From: the human T2T-CHM13v2.0 reference genome, Homo sapiens
DNA length: 64,000 nucleotides
Strand: one strand, 5' to 3'
NCBI RefSeq assembly: GCF_009914755.1
Contig: NC_060941.1
A program made the translations under genes and the position numbers. Every line of letters begins with the position of its first letter. Within the stretch, counting starts at the first letter, position 1. The notes under the pieces were generated by a model that worked only from the letters and a program-made list of their open reading frames with translations, ran no database searches and had not been told where the DNA came from. This document shows positions 18,510 to 43,382 of the stretch, in pieces.

Positions 18510-18680
18510 ATTTAGACTTGGAGCTAGACTTCCTGAGTTCAACTTCTAGTTCCATCACTTATTACCTGTGTGACTTTGAGCAACTTATTCAACCTCTCTG
18601 AGCCTCAATTTTCACATCTGTAATATAGGCATAATTACAGTACATAGCTCATAGAGTTGTCATAAAATTGTTAATTAGTT
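18510..18680 (+). mobile_element. MIR
   Basis: ctgtgtgactttgagcaacttattcaacctctctgagcctcaattttcacatctgtaa. Confidence 0.75.
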
Positions 18681-19580
18681 AAAACATGGTTGGGCCTTTA
18701 GAGCAGTCCCAGCATAAAGTGATCTTTTTTTTTTTTTTTTCTTTTGAGATCTTCTGTCTGTCGTCTAGGCTGGAGTGCAGTGGCGCAATCTCCGTTCACT
18801 GTAGTCCCCTCTTCTTGGGCTCAAGAGATACTCTCAACTCAGCCTTCCGAGTAGCTGGAACTACAAGTACATGCCACCACGCCTGGCTAATTTTTGTATA
18901 TTTTTTTTGGTAGAGATGGGGTTTTGCCATGTTGCCCAGGCTGGTATCGAACTCCTTGGCTCAAGCGATCTGCCTGCCTCAGCTTCCCAAAGTGCTGGGA
19001 TAACAGGAACGAGCCGCTGTGCCTGGCCCAGTGAACATTATATAAATTTTAGCTATTATTGGCTGGGCACGGTGGCTCACGCCTATCCCAGCACTTGGGG
19101 AGGCCAAGGCGGGAGGATCACAAGGTCAGGGGTTCAAGACCAGCCTGGGCAAGATGAGTTTTCAGTGAGCTGAGATCGCACCACTGCACTCTGGCCTGGG
19201 CAATGGAGTGAGACTCCGTCTTGGGAAAAAAAAAAAGAGAGAGAGAGAGCAAGAGAGAGAGAGAGAAAGACACCCCAGTGAAGTGAAAAGAGCAAAGTCT
19301 TTAGATTCTCATCTGCTTAAAGTCCCAGCTCTTCCACTTATCAGCTAAGATCTGAACCCGAGACGGGAATCCAAATTACACAGCCTCTCTAAATCTCTTA
19401 GTTTTATCATTCATAAAGTAGAGACAATACTTATTTATGTGGTTGGGATGGAAGAGTGAAAAAAGAACCTGTGTGAAAGTATCTAGCACTGTGTATGTAT
19501 GTAATAAGTCTTACAAAATGAAGCGGCCCATCTCTGCAAAGGGGAGTGGAATACAGAGTGGTGGGGTGAGATTTTTGTCA

Positions 19581-19709
<129 letters not shown>

Positions 19710-19840
19710 TCAGGATAAGAGAAAGAGAAGCTTCCTTCAATGGAAGTGGAGCAGACACGTCATATTTAAGGCATTCAGGCCAGGCGCAGTGGCTCACCCC
19801 TGTAATCCTAGCACTTTGGGAGACTGAGGCAGGCAGATCA

Positions 19841-20171
<331 letters not shown>

Positions 20172-20219
20172 TCAGGAGATCGAGACCATCCTGGCTAACA
20201 CGGTGAAACCCCGTCTCTA

Positions 20220-20775
<556 letters not shown>

Positions 20776-22020
20776 TCAGCCAGGCATAGTTGCATGTGCC
20801 TGCAGTCCCAATTTCTTGAAAAGCTGAAGCTGGAGGATCACTTGAGCCCAGGAGTTGGAGGCTGCAGTGAACTGTGATCATACCACCACACTCCCGCCTG
20901 GGTGACAAAGTGAGACTCTGCTAAAAAAACACACACACACACACACACATAAAACAAAAAAAAGAAAGAAAGAAAAAGAATTGCTGGGCAGAGATTTGAC
21001 CAAAAGCAAGTAAAATCATTCTTTTTGGTAGACCAGGTGAAATGACTAGGATCTCAGCTGTTGAAATCAATTCACTGAAGCAAATCTTTTGTGTGCAGAA
21101 CTTAACAATCGGCTTTTCACCTCACTGGGACTTAATGTATTTTAATTTTCAACATCTATCTCCTCTCAAAACATTCACTTAGCATTTAGATTAGACTGCT
21201 AATACTGTGCTGTTATAAAGGTAACTGAAAAATTCCCTATCTCCTAAATCAATTGTATATTATCATCTAAGGAAATAAAGGCTTTTCAGATTTCCACTGA
21301 GAGATTTACAGTTAACACAACCAAAATGATAAAATATACATTCAATGCACTAAAGAAAGTTAGAGGTTTTTCATAATTACTATTATGACTGGTCATGGAC
21401 ATGAGAATAAAGAATAATGAGACTGGGGAGAAATTTGAGGAAGAACGCTCAGAAACAATTCTGACTGAAACTCAGATTGTAGGGAAGGCCTTATGTGTTG
21501 CCAAGAGTATTGTGAAGAAAACTAAAGGCAAGAGTATAACCACTGGCTATTACTAGGGGAAGAATATCTGACATTTCCTAGTTACTTGAATGAGGAGTCT
21601 AGTGATAAATTTGTCAGAAGACTCCCATGTTCATAGTCCTCCTTGTACCCCTGAGCTTCATACAATGTGTCCAACTGCCTACTTAACTTCTCTATCCAGA
21701 AGTCTAGTATACATCTCAAAATTCATGCATCTGGCCGGGCACAGTGGCTCACACCTGCAATCCCAGCACTTTGGGAGGCCGAGGTGGGTGGATTACCTGA
21801 GGTCAGGAGTTTAAGACCAGCCTGGCCAACATGGTAAAACCCCATCTCTACTAAAAATACAAGTATTAGCCAGGCATTGTGGCAGGTGCCTGTAATCCCA
21901 GCTACTCGGGAGGCTGAGGCAGGAAAATCACTTGAACCGGGAGGCGGAGGTTGGAGTGAGCTGAGATCGTGCTACCGCACTCCATGCACTCTAGCCTGGG
22001 CAACAGAACGAGATGCTGTC

Positions 22021-22068
<48 letters not shown>
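22021..22068. repeat. (ACA)16 STR in an Alu tail, intron 19, marker D17S1322
   Basis: Read directly; marker name from recalled position and flanks. Confidence 0.8.
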
Positions 22069-22069
<1 letters not shown>

Positions 22070-22424
22070 ATTCTCACATCTAAAACAGAGTTCCTGGTTC
22101 CATTCCTGCTTCCTGCCTTTCCCACTCCCCCATATTCCCTACCATGCCTTCTTCATCTAATTTAATATTACTAACAAGATCTATTGTTCGAGCCAAAACC
22201 CAAGTGTCACTCCTTCAATTTCTCTTTACCTTATCCTCCAAATTTAATCCATTAGCAAGTCCTCTCTTCAAACCCATCCCAAACCAACCTTGTTTTTAAC
22301 CATCTCCACACCACCAATTACCACAAGGATAAAATCTGAATTCCTTACCACCAAATACTATGTGATCTGGCCCTCATCTATGACCTTCTCCCATTCCTTG
22401 TGTAATCTCTGCCTCCACACATAA

Positions 22425-22640
<216 letters not shown>

Positions 22641-23226
22641 TGAGATGGAGTTTCACTCTTGTTGCCCAGGCTGGAGTGCAATGGTGCGATCTCAGCTCAC
22701 CACAATCTCCACCTCCCGGGTTGATGAAGTGATTCTCTTGTCTCAGCCTCCCGTGTAGCTGGGATTAGAGGCACGCGCCACCACGCTGGGCAAATTTTTG
22801 TATTTTTAGTAGAGACAGGGTTTCTACCTCAGTGATCTGTCCGCCTTGACCTCCCAAAGTGCTGGGATTACAGGCATGAGCCACCACACCCAGCCGTGCC
22901 CAGCTAATTTTTGCATTTTTTAGTAGAGATGGGGTTTTGCCACGTTGGCCAGGCTGGTCTCAAACTCCTGACCTCAGGGGATCTGCCTGCCTCGGCCTCC
23001 TAGAGTGCTGGAATTACAGGTGTGAGCCACTGTGCCCGAACCTTTTATCATTATTATTTCTTGAGACAGGAGTCTTGCTCTGTTGTTCAGGCTGGAGTGC
23101 AGTGATGCGATCTTGGCTCACTGTAACTCCTACCTTTCGGTTCAAGTGATTCTCCTGCCTCAGCCTCTGGAGTAGCTGGGATTACAGGCACTGGGATTAC
23201 AGGCACACACCACCACACCATGCTAG

Positions 23227-23528
<302 letters not shown>

Positions 23529-23709
23529 CTAGTCGGGTGTGGTAGCACGCGTGCCTGTAATACCAGCTACTCAGGAGGCCAAGGCAGGAGAATTGCTTGA
23601 ACCCAGGAGACAGAGTTTGCAGTGAGCCAAGATTGTGCCACTGCACTCCAGCCTGGGGGATAGAGGGAGACACCATCTCAAAAAAACCAAAATACAGAAA
23701 TCAAAAAAC

Positions 23710-24062
23710 CACACTCATTATTACCTCAAGACCTTTATGTTTGCTATTCCTCTGCCTATAAGATGCATTCCCTTCATTTTTCAAGGACAATTATTTCTTG
23801 TTATTTAGGTCTCAGCTCAATTTTTTCAGAAAGGCTTTCCCTGGCCTCCTTAAACGAAAGTAATCAACAACCTTTGACAGCTAATACTATTCCACTGTTC
23901 TGTATATTTCTCCATAGCATTTATTGTTATCTTAAATTCATCTTTATTGTGTATCTCCCCTCGACAGAACCTGAATCCTACCAGGGACTTAGTTAGTCTT
24001 ATTTACTGTTGCATTCCTAGTGCCCAGAACACAGTAGGCTCCCAATAAATAGCCACTGAATA
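23710..24062 (+). mobile_element. L2 3'-end fragment (other pieces ~21620-21730 and 22070-22450, interrupted by Alus)
   Basis: cctagtgcccagaacacagtaggctcccaataaata...tgaata terminus. Confidence 0.6.
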
Positions 24063-24156
24063 AAAGTTAAAACCAACAAAAATAATCATTTAATTAATTA
24101 TGAATACATCGAATTGTGCACAATAGTTTATAAAATTACTTTTTTTTTTTTTTTAA

Positions 24157-24562
<406 letters not shown>

Positions 24563-25057
24563 TAAAGTGCAACATCTTTTTGAAGCAATCTGAATTATAA
24601 ACAGATACATTTGCATGTATATATATGTATATATGCATATGCACACACACACTTTTTTTTTTTTAAGAGACAGGGTCTTGCTCTGTGCAAGTGCAAGAGT
24701 GCAATGGTATGATCATAGCTCACTGCAGCCTTGAACTCCTGGGCTCGTGATTCTTCTGGCTTAGCTTCCTCAGTAGCTAAGACTACAGAAGCACACTGCC
24801 ATGCCCGGCTAATTAAAAAAAAATTTTGTGGAGACAGAGTCTCACTATGTTGCCCAGGCTGGTTTCAAACTCCTGGCCTCAAGTAATCTTCCTGTCTCAG
24901 CCTCCCAAAGGGCTGAGATTATAAGTGTGAGCCACTGCATCTGGACTGCATATTAATATGAAGAGCTTTTCTTCAACAACAGTGAACAGTTTTCTACAAA
25001 GGTATATGCAAGTGGGCCCACTTCTTGTTCTTATGAATCTTTTCTTTCCTTTTATAA

Positions 25058-25277
<220 letters not shown>

Positions 25278-25311
25278 TAGCTGGAACTAAAGGCGCATGC
25301 CACCACGCTGA

Positions 25312-25620
<309 letters not shown>

Positions 25621-25884
25621 TAGTAGAAACGGGGTTTCTCCATGTTGGTCAGGCTGGTCTTGAACTCCCGACATCAGGTGATCCAAGCGCCTCAGCCTCC
25701 CAAAGCGCTGGGATTATAGGTATGAGCCACAGTGCAGGCCTGCATAATTCTTGATGATCCTCATTATCATGGAAAATTTGTGCATTGTTAAGGAAAGTGG
25801 TGCATTGATGGAAGGAAGCAAATACATTTTTAACTATATGACTGAATGAATATCTCTGGTTAGTTTGTAACATCAAGTACTTAC

Positions 25885-25925
25885 CTCATTCAGCATTTTT
25901 CTTTCTTTAATAGACTGGGTCACCC
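25885..25925 (-). CDS. BRCA1: BRCA1 exon 19, 41 nt
   Basis: tag|GGGTGACC...AATGAG|gtaagt; VTQSIKERKMLNE. Confidence 0.98.
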
Positions 25926-26357
25926 CTAAAGAGATCATAGAAAAGACAGGTTACATACAGCAGAAGAACGTGCTCTTTTCACGGAGATAGAGAGGTCAGC
26001 GATTCACAAAAGAGCACAGGAAGAATGACAGAGGAGAGGTCCTTCCCTCTAAAGCCACAGCCCTTTAATAAGGCTTGTAGCAGCAGTTTCCTTCTGGAGA
26101 CAGAGTTGATGTTTAATTTAAACATTATAAGTTTGCCTGCTGCACATGGATTCCTGCCGACTATTAAATAAATCCCTAGCTCATATGCTAACATTGCTAG
26201 GAGCAGATTAGGTCCTATTAGTTATAAAAGAGACCCATTTTCCCAGCATCACCAGCTTATCTGAACAAAGTGATATTAAAGATAAAAGTAGTTTAGTATT
26301 ACAATTAAAGACCTTTTGGTAACTCAGACTCAGCATCAGCAAAAACCTTAGGTGTTA

Positions 26358-26603
<246 letters not shown>

Positions 26604-27357
26604 TCAATCTGGATTTATGATTCTAAAACCCCTGGTGACAGAATCAGAGGCTGAAAACACCACTAATTATAACCAGCAGGTATGGATATTTGGAAGTCTA
26701 GGGGAGGCTGATATGAAGTTAAGACCAGAGGAAATATCTTTCCACTCCCTCTTCTCAACACCCATCTTCTAGACGCCAAGGCTAGCTATAGATCTCCATT
26801 ATAGTGTTCAAGGAATTAGGAATTATCCATGTCAATAGTTTTGATTAATGTGGACGGAGAACATCTATATTACTAGATGGCAATATGTGAAAGAAGAAAA
26901 CAGTATTGTTGAAAACCTAAATCTGAAATGTCAATGTAATGACAAATTTTCACCCCTAGAATGTCTACCTGGGGAGTCCTAACCCTCTAATATTCCCCTG
27001 AGAGGGATGGGAGAATACAGTGCAGAGCTTTTATATAAGTATTTCAGAAAGCAGTAGCTAAAGAATCACTTGTTTATTTCCCAGTGTTTCAAAGGCCCTT
27101 CTGAAGAACTAAGCAAACTAAGGAAAGACCATTTAGTTTTAAACAGGAGAAATGTATTTAACTAAATCCTAAACACAGCAGGCTATCTGCAAGCAGCAGC
27201 AGCAGCAGCAGCCATGCTCCCTCACAGAATCCTTACAATTTTTGAAGTTTTTTGTTTAACTGCTACAAAAGCCGATTTAGTAACATTTATTACACTTAAA
27301 AACTTCAGTTCATTTGTAGTTCAAAGCAAATGTATTGGCTTTGAGTTTAAAGACTGA

Positions 27358-32874
<5,517 letters not shown>

Positions 32875-33445
32875 TAGCCCAAGCAGAAACGAGGTTTTAC
32901 TGGTCTTAATATTTTAATGGGTATTTTTCCACAGTATGAAGCAATTCCCATTTCTGGCATTAAGGACCCAAGGTGATGCCAAAATCCTAATAGCAAGGGA
33001 TGTTGCAGGGCAGAAGTGGCAGGGCATTCTTACAAGCCAGGATGAAAACAAACACTAGAGAAATGCTACTATCTGGCAGTACATTTGGAACCAGTCTGAA
33101 TTTAGTTAAATATGCTGGTAAATTCACCCATGTGAGACAAGGGGGAGAAAAAGATGCCTTCTGGGGAATAAAACTATACCTACTTGCTTTTACAGATAGA
33201 AAGGAAAATTCCAATTCGAAAGTCCTATATCATACCCAAAGTATAGCTTTTCCACTAATATTCAATAATTATTTTCTCAAGTAAATATACATAAAATAAT
33301 CCACACTATAGCTTTATCTAGATCTAAATTTTCAGAAATTAGTAATCGAAATTAAATTACACAGAACTGTGATTGTTTTCTAGATTTCTTCCTCTAGGTT
33401 ATTAATTGACAATACCTACATAAAACTCTTTCCAGAATGTTGTTA

Positions 33446-33820
<375 letters not shown>

Positions 33821-34365
33821 TTACACAACGATGAATGTTGAATTACAAAGTTCTGGTCTCTGTTAAGAATTAAAAAGACCAATAAAGTTAGGTTAAGAGA
33901 AAAATGGGTACATGAATACAGTGTTGGTGGAAATCCAAAGTAGCTTAGTTTCCTAAAAAGGAAATATGGCATTATGTAGCAAACACCTTAACACGTATTT
34001 ACACTTTCAGTCAACAATGCTAGTTTTAGAAATATATCCTAGGGAGATAAAAGATATATGCAAAGGTTTAGTCATAGGAATGTTCACTGTAACAATGCTT
34101 GTAATAGTATAATTTTAGAAACAATGTAGTTGTCCAATAATAGGAGATTAAATTACGATATACCTAGTCCAATGGAGTACTCTTCACCCATTAATTTGAA
34201 TATAAATGTTGATGTACAATAAAACAGAAATGTTACTAATATATTAAAGACACCTAAGCAATATTATTTATCATGACATTATTTTAAAAATAAAAGTTTA
34301 TGGGCCGAGCACGGTGGCTCACACCTGTAATCCCAGCACTTTGGGAGGCCGAGACGGGTGGATCA

Positions 34366-34641
<276 letters not shown>

Positions 34642-34749
34642 CTAAAGAAACACAGAAATATTTTATTATTAAAGAATAAGAGTACAGGCCGGGTGCGGTG
34701 GCTCAGGCCTGTAATCCCAGCACTTTGGGAGGCCAAGGTGGGCGGATCA

Positions 34750-34968
<219 letters not shown>

Positions 34969-35148
34969 TCAAAAAAGAGTACGGGTAATATTTTTTTTTT
35001 TGAGAAGGGTCTCGGTCTGTCATCCAGGCTGCAGTGCAGTGGCACAAACATGGCTCACCTGCAGCCTTGACCTCCTGGACTCAAGTGATCTTCCTGTCTC
35101 AGCCTCCTGAGTAGCTGGGACCACAGGTGTTTGCCACCTTCCAGCTGA

Positions 35149-35637
<489 letters not shown>

Positions 35638-36312
35638 TGAAGTGGCTCACACCTATAATCCCAGCACTTTGGGAGGCCAAGGTAGGAAGATTGCATGAGG
35701 CCAGGAGTTAGAGACCAGCCTCGGCAACATAACAAGACCCGTGTCTAACCCCACCCCAAATTATCTTTTTTATTCCCTATATTGTCCAATTTGGGGGCAA
35801 TGAGCTTATAGCAATTTTGTAAGAAAGGAAAAAAAAGTTGAAAAATGTGGCAAATGCTTTATTTTTGTTTCTTCATCCAAGGTAATGACACCATTACTTT
35901 TTTCACTTAATAAATCAGCAGATATCATTACCAAATTAAAAACAGCAGAGATGTCATCCTTGAAACATTTCAGAAAATGCCATGGTATCAGGAATTAAGC
36001 ATAGCTAAGTAGAATGTATGAGATTCCTAAAATGACCCTAATGAACATGGCCAAATACCACATTTGATGCCAAACAGTGTCTTTTATGATAACGTGTTTT
36101 TGAGGATTAAAAACTTTCTTTACTGATTAAAACTCTGATTTACAAGCCATAAAACACCATTCATTAAAAGTGATTTTTAAGGCATAAAATATGTAGTCAT
36201 TTATATTCATTAACTCATAAAAAAAACTTGCTTTGGGATTTGACTCATTTTCTAATAAAGGACTGGCCTAAAACTTTATTCTTTGGCCTTTGGACTCTTG
36301 TCTAACAGTTGA

Positions 36313-36486
<174 letters not shown>

Positions 36487-36876
36487 TAGCACACCCAGTT
36501 AATTTTTTTGTATTTTTAGTAGAGACAGGGTTTCACCATGTTGGCCAGACAGGTCTTGAACTCCTGACCTCAGCTGATCCACCTGCCTCGGCCTCCTGGA
36601 GTACTGGGATTACAGGCGTGAGCCACTATGCCTGGCCTGAAATAATACATTTAGAGTACACCAAGACTCCCTCATCCTCAAAATCATTAGTTAAACCATT
36701 AATTAAAATATAGATGGATTAACAGTTTCAATAATTTTCAAGTAAACCTTGATTAACACTTGAGCTATTTTTCTAAAGTGGGCTTAATTAAGTATAACAA
36801 AAGTGTCCATGATAGACTAGTACATCTAAAAGTTGGTTAACCAGAATATCTTTATGTAGGATTCAGAGTAAAATCA

Positions 36877-37194
<318 letters not shown>

Positions 37195-37336
37195 TCATGT
37201 CAGAGAGATCAGAAATGACTGGCAAAAAAGAGCCCGCATGACAGCCTAGAAGTCTGGATTCATGTTGCCTGCCAATATGTCAGGGTTGACATATAACATG
37301 GGGTTGGTCTGAGGCACCATATCTCCCAGCTGTTTA

Positions 37337-37492
<156 letters not shown>

Positions 37493-37494
37493 TC

Positions 37495-37690
37495 AAGAAA
37501 GAAAGGAAAGGAAAGAAAGGAAAGAAAAGGAAAGGAAAGAAAGAAAAGAAAAGGAAGGGAGGAAGGAAAGAAAGGAAGAAAGGAAAGAAAGGAAAGAAAG
37601 AAGGAAAGAAGGAAGGAAGGGAGGGAAAGGAAAGGAAAGGACGGAAGGAAGGAAGGAAGGAAGGAAAGGAAGAAAGAAAGGAGGAAAGAA
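37495..37690 (+). repeat. ~195-nt (GAAA/GGAA)n polypurine tract, an expanded Alu tail
   Basis: Only one pyrimidine; lies within TSD taaaagcaggtcag (37335-37348 and 37691-37704). Confidence 0.95.
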
Positions 37691-38109
37691 TAAAAGCAGG
37701 TCAGCAAATTTTTACCAAATTACTCACTGCCACTCACTCTATACACAATATTCTACTTGAGTCTAAATGGATATGTTAGAATCAGATCTCTTATGAAGAT
37801 AGAAAGTTGATCAATGTCGACATCTCTACACTCATTCTTTCTACTCAGTTTTAGCAGAATTCACAGAATCATCCCTATTGCCTGCCTTTTCAATGTTCAA
37901 ATTCATTCTAAAAACAAAAGCCAGCTATAAAATATTGTTAGAAAAGCATACACACCCAGTAAATAGTTCCTCTGCTCTTCCAAGTGCTTAGGACTTTGCA
38001 AAATAAGATACTTATCAACAGATTTAAAGGGCCTCAGAGGTTAATTAATTTAAACAATTATTGGGTGCTTACTATGGGTCAAATACTAAGGCTAGGCCCC
38101 CTGGATTGA

Positions 38110-38313
<204 letters not shown>

Positions 38314-39066
38314 TAAGGAAAAGAATAGTACTGGACTACATAGTCCAGTACTGGACTGCTATACAGCCCTGTGTTAATAGTGGTGTAAATACACATCTCT
38401 GAAAGATATTCTAAATGTTTTCTGGCTTTGGGAGGGCAAGGCGGGCGGACTACTTGAGTCCAGGAATTTGAGACCAGCCTGGGCAACAAGGTAAAACTCC
38501 ATCTCTACCAAAAATACAAAAACTTAGTGGGTGTGGGTGGCGCATGCTTGTGGACCCAGCTACTCAGGAGGCTAAGGTGGGAGGATTGCTTGAGCCTGAA
38601 AAACGGAGGATGCAGTGAGCCATGACTGCACCACTGCAATCTAGGTGACACAGGGCGACCCTGTCTCAAAAAATAATAATAATAGTAATTATTATTATTA
38701 TTTTCTGTGGTAAATCAACAGCTAGACTTTTTCTAGAAAGACAAGAATTTTAATTAGGGCAAGGGCTGCCTTGAAGAAGTCTACCATCAGTTTCCAAGCT
38801 TGTTCAGGTTTTACCTCCATTATATTTTTTTCTGACCTTCAGAAGGGACATATCTATCTAACCGCACATTTCTCATGTTGTAGCTTATGTTATAGGTTCA
38901 AAAAACCTATATAGGATTAAACAAAAGAAGTATCCTAGAGCAATAAAAGTGTATAAATGCCTGTATGCAAAAAACTGGAGAAAGTATGGTGAAAAAAATT
39001 AACAATCAGAGTTCAATATAAATAAAGATGTCAGATACCACAGCATCTTTACATTGATGTTTCTTA

Positions 39067-39219
<153 letters not shown>

Positions 39220-39912
39220 CTACTTTACTGCTTTGTTCTGATAGTGATAATTCAGGTTAGAATACTGATTTTTTTCAAAAGCATCAATCTATGATACACA
39301 AATTGGTTTTTAAACAAGTATATCAGGCAGAATTTTATAAACACAAGCAATGCAACAGACAGATGCTAGCACCAAATGGAATTCAATGATTAAAAAATAA
39401 TAATGATAATAAAAGGAACACTTTAAGACAGAGTAAATAAAGACACCCAGCTGAGACAAGGCTGAAAAAAAAAATCTATATTCCTTGGCCCTGAATGATA
39501 AAAAATATATATAACAAATTTTTATCTCTGCAGCAAAATAAATTATGCCCAAATCCCCTCAGACAATAGGAAAGAAAGAGTACCGGAGAGCACAAAGTAC
39601 ATTATTTTCTCCATCCCTACTGCCTCCACATTGAAGACTGTATGAAATGGGGATTTCAGCTTCTGCATGTCGGGGGTAAACAAGACATGAGTGTCAGACA
39701 TGAAAGAAAAAACAGGTGACATTTTGCTTCACATTTTCAATTACCGAAAAAAAAGAAAAAAACAAATAAACCCCCTAAACCAACACATACACAAAAAAAT
39801 CCCAAGGTGCTGGTTGATAAGAAATCTTAAATAATACATGGAACTAATGATGAAATGGCACAAGAAGGGAAAAATCACAAAACATACTGAAGGCAAAGTT
39901 CTGGCATGTTAG

Positions 39913-40272
<360 letters not shown>

Positions 40273-40806
40273 TAGGAAGTGGCTTAAAGGCAGAAGTACT
40301 TATTTATTTATTTTTATTTATTTATATTTTTGAGACGGAGTTTTGCTCTTGTTGCCCAGGCTGCAGTGCAATGGCGTGATCTTGGCTCACCACAACCTCT
40401 CTGCCTCCCAGGTTCAAGCTATTCTCCTGCCTCAGCCTCCCAAGTAGTTGGGATTACAGGTATGCACCACCACGCCCAACTAATTTTGTATTTTTAGTAG
40501 AGATGGGGTTTCTCCATGTTGGTCACGCTGGTCTCGAACTCCCGACCTCAGGTGATCTGCCTGCCTCGGCCTCCCAAAGTGATGGGATTACAGGCGTGAG
40601 CCACTGCGCCCGACCGTTATTTTTCAACGAGATGGGTGTCTTGCTGTGTTGACCAGGCTGGTTTCAAACTTTTTTTTTTTTTGAGACAGAGTCTTGCTCT
40701 GTTACCCAGGCTGGAATACAGTGGCATGATCTCGGCTCACTGCAACCTCTGCCTCCAGGTTCAAGCGATTCTCCTGCCTTAGCCTCCCAAAAAGATGGGA
40801 TTATAG

Positions 40807-41082
<276 letters not shown>

Positions 41083-41839
41083 TAGTGAAAAATTGCAAAT
41101 GTCTTCTATTCATTAAAAAGTCACTGATGACTGTAATTCATTTTGAGCTTTTATTAGAAAAGCTAAAAGCCATAAATATAGGTAGAAAATTGAAACAAAA
41201 GATTGTATTAATTAAACTGTTTTTTTAAGACACTGGGTAGCCTGGGGGGAAATAATCATTGATTTCCTGAGTTAGTCTTCAAATGCATTATTTATAGTTT
41301 CCTTTATGCTTGTCTTTTCTGGACCTGTGAGTTTCTAGGATTGTTAAGAACTCTGTTGAAAGTAAGTAGGATCTAACTATGAAGAGAGGTATCATCCTCC
41401 CCACCCCCAATACAGGGTGATAATTGATAAAGGGTAATGTGCAAGTTCCAAGGAACCATATCAAACGGAATTAACCATTGGAAAGAGTTAAAAAAGTGGC
41501 CAGGTGATGTGGCTCACGCCTACAATCCCAGCACTTTGAGAGGCCGAGGTGGGCAGATCACCTGAGGTCAGGAGTTTGAGACCAGCCCGGCCAACATGGT
41601 GAAACCCTGTCTCTACTAAAAATACAAAAATTAGCTGGGCGTGGTGGCGGGTGCCTGTAATCCCAGCTACCCAGGAGGCTGAGGCGGACATTGTAATGAG
41701 CCGAAATCACACCATTGCACTCCAGCCTGGGCAACAAAAGTGAAACTTCATCTCAAACAAAAACAAAACAAAACAAAACAAAACAAATGAAAGGCAGAGG
41801 GAAGGCTCAGATACAAACACAGCTATTAAAAAGTCATTC

Positions 41840-42408
<569 letters not shown>

Positions 42409-43220
42409 AAAAGTCATTCTATCACCAGAACATTTAGCATATAAATTCCTCTTCTTACTACAATAGGCCTCATGCAATGAAGCAAATAAGATAACTTGTT
42501 AGAAGTTAACAACTCAATAGAACCTGAAAAACAGAGCAAAACCTTTCTGCTTTTTTTTCTCCTTAATCCTTAATTCATTCTCTGAACAGCAAGCCCAACC
42601 TAAGCCTTGTGACATGATGATCTACTTGCTGGCTGGTTTAGGAAAGTCTAAATGCAGAGATCCAGAGTCCAAGTTTCAGAATATTATTGTAGTTCCTCTT
42701 AAATCATTCCCTCATCTAGATGTCTTAACATGTTACATTCTTTGTGGATAGGAAGTATGGGCCACACCAAACATTTAATAAACTTACAGACTGCCCACTG
42801 TGTGCTAAGCATTGTACAGGGTATTGTGAAGAATTAAGGAAGACACTGGAAGACAACAGATATTAAGAAATAATAAACTAGGCCAGGCACCGTAGCTCCC
42901 AAGTAGCTGGGATTACAGGCATGTGCCACCACGCCCGGCTAATTTTTTGTAGTTTTAGTAGAGATGTGGTTTCTCCATGTTGGTCAGGCTGGTCTCGAGC
43001 TCCCGACCTCAGGTGATTCGCCTGCCTTGGCCTCCCAAAGTGCTGGGGTTACAGGCGTGAGCCACCGTACCCGGCAACAATATTCTTTTTACTAGAAGTT
43101 CTGGCCAGGTGCCATGGCTCACACCTGTAACCCCAGCACTTTGGGAGGCTGAGGTGAGAGGACTGCTTGAGTCCAGGAGTTTGAGACCAACTTGGGCAAC
43201 ATAGGGAGACCTTGTCTCTA

Positions 43221-43382
<162 letters not shown>

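Noticed and set aside
27192-27212. (AGC)7 tract in intron 17
   Set aside because: Short, intronic and ordinary.
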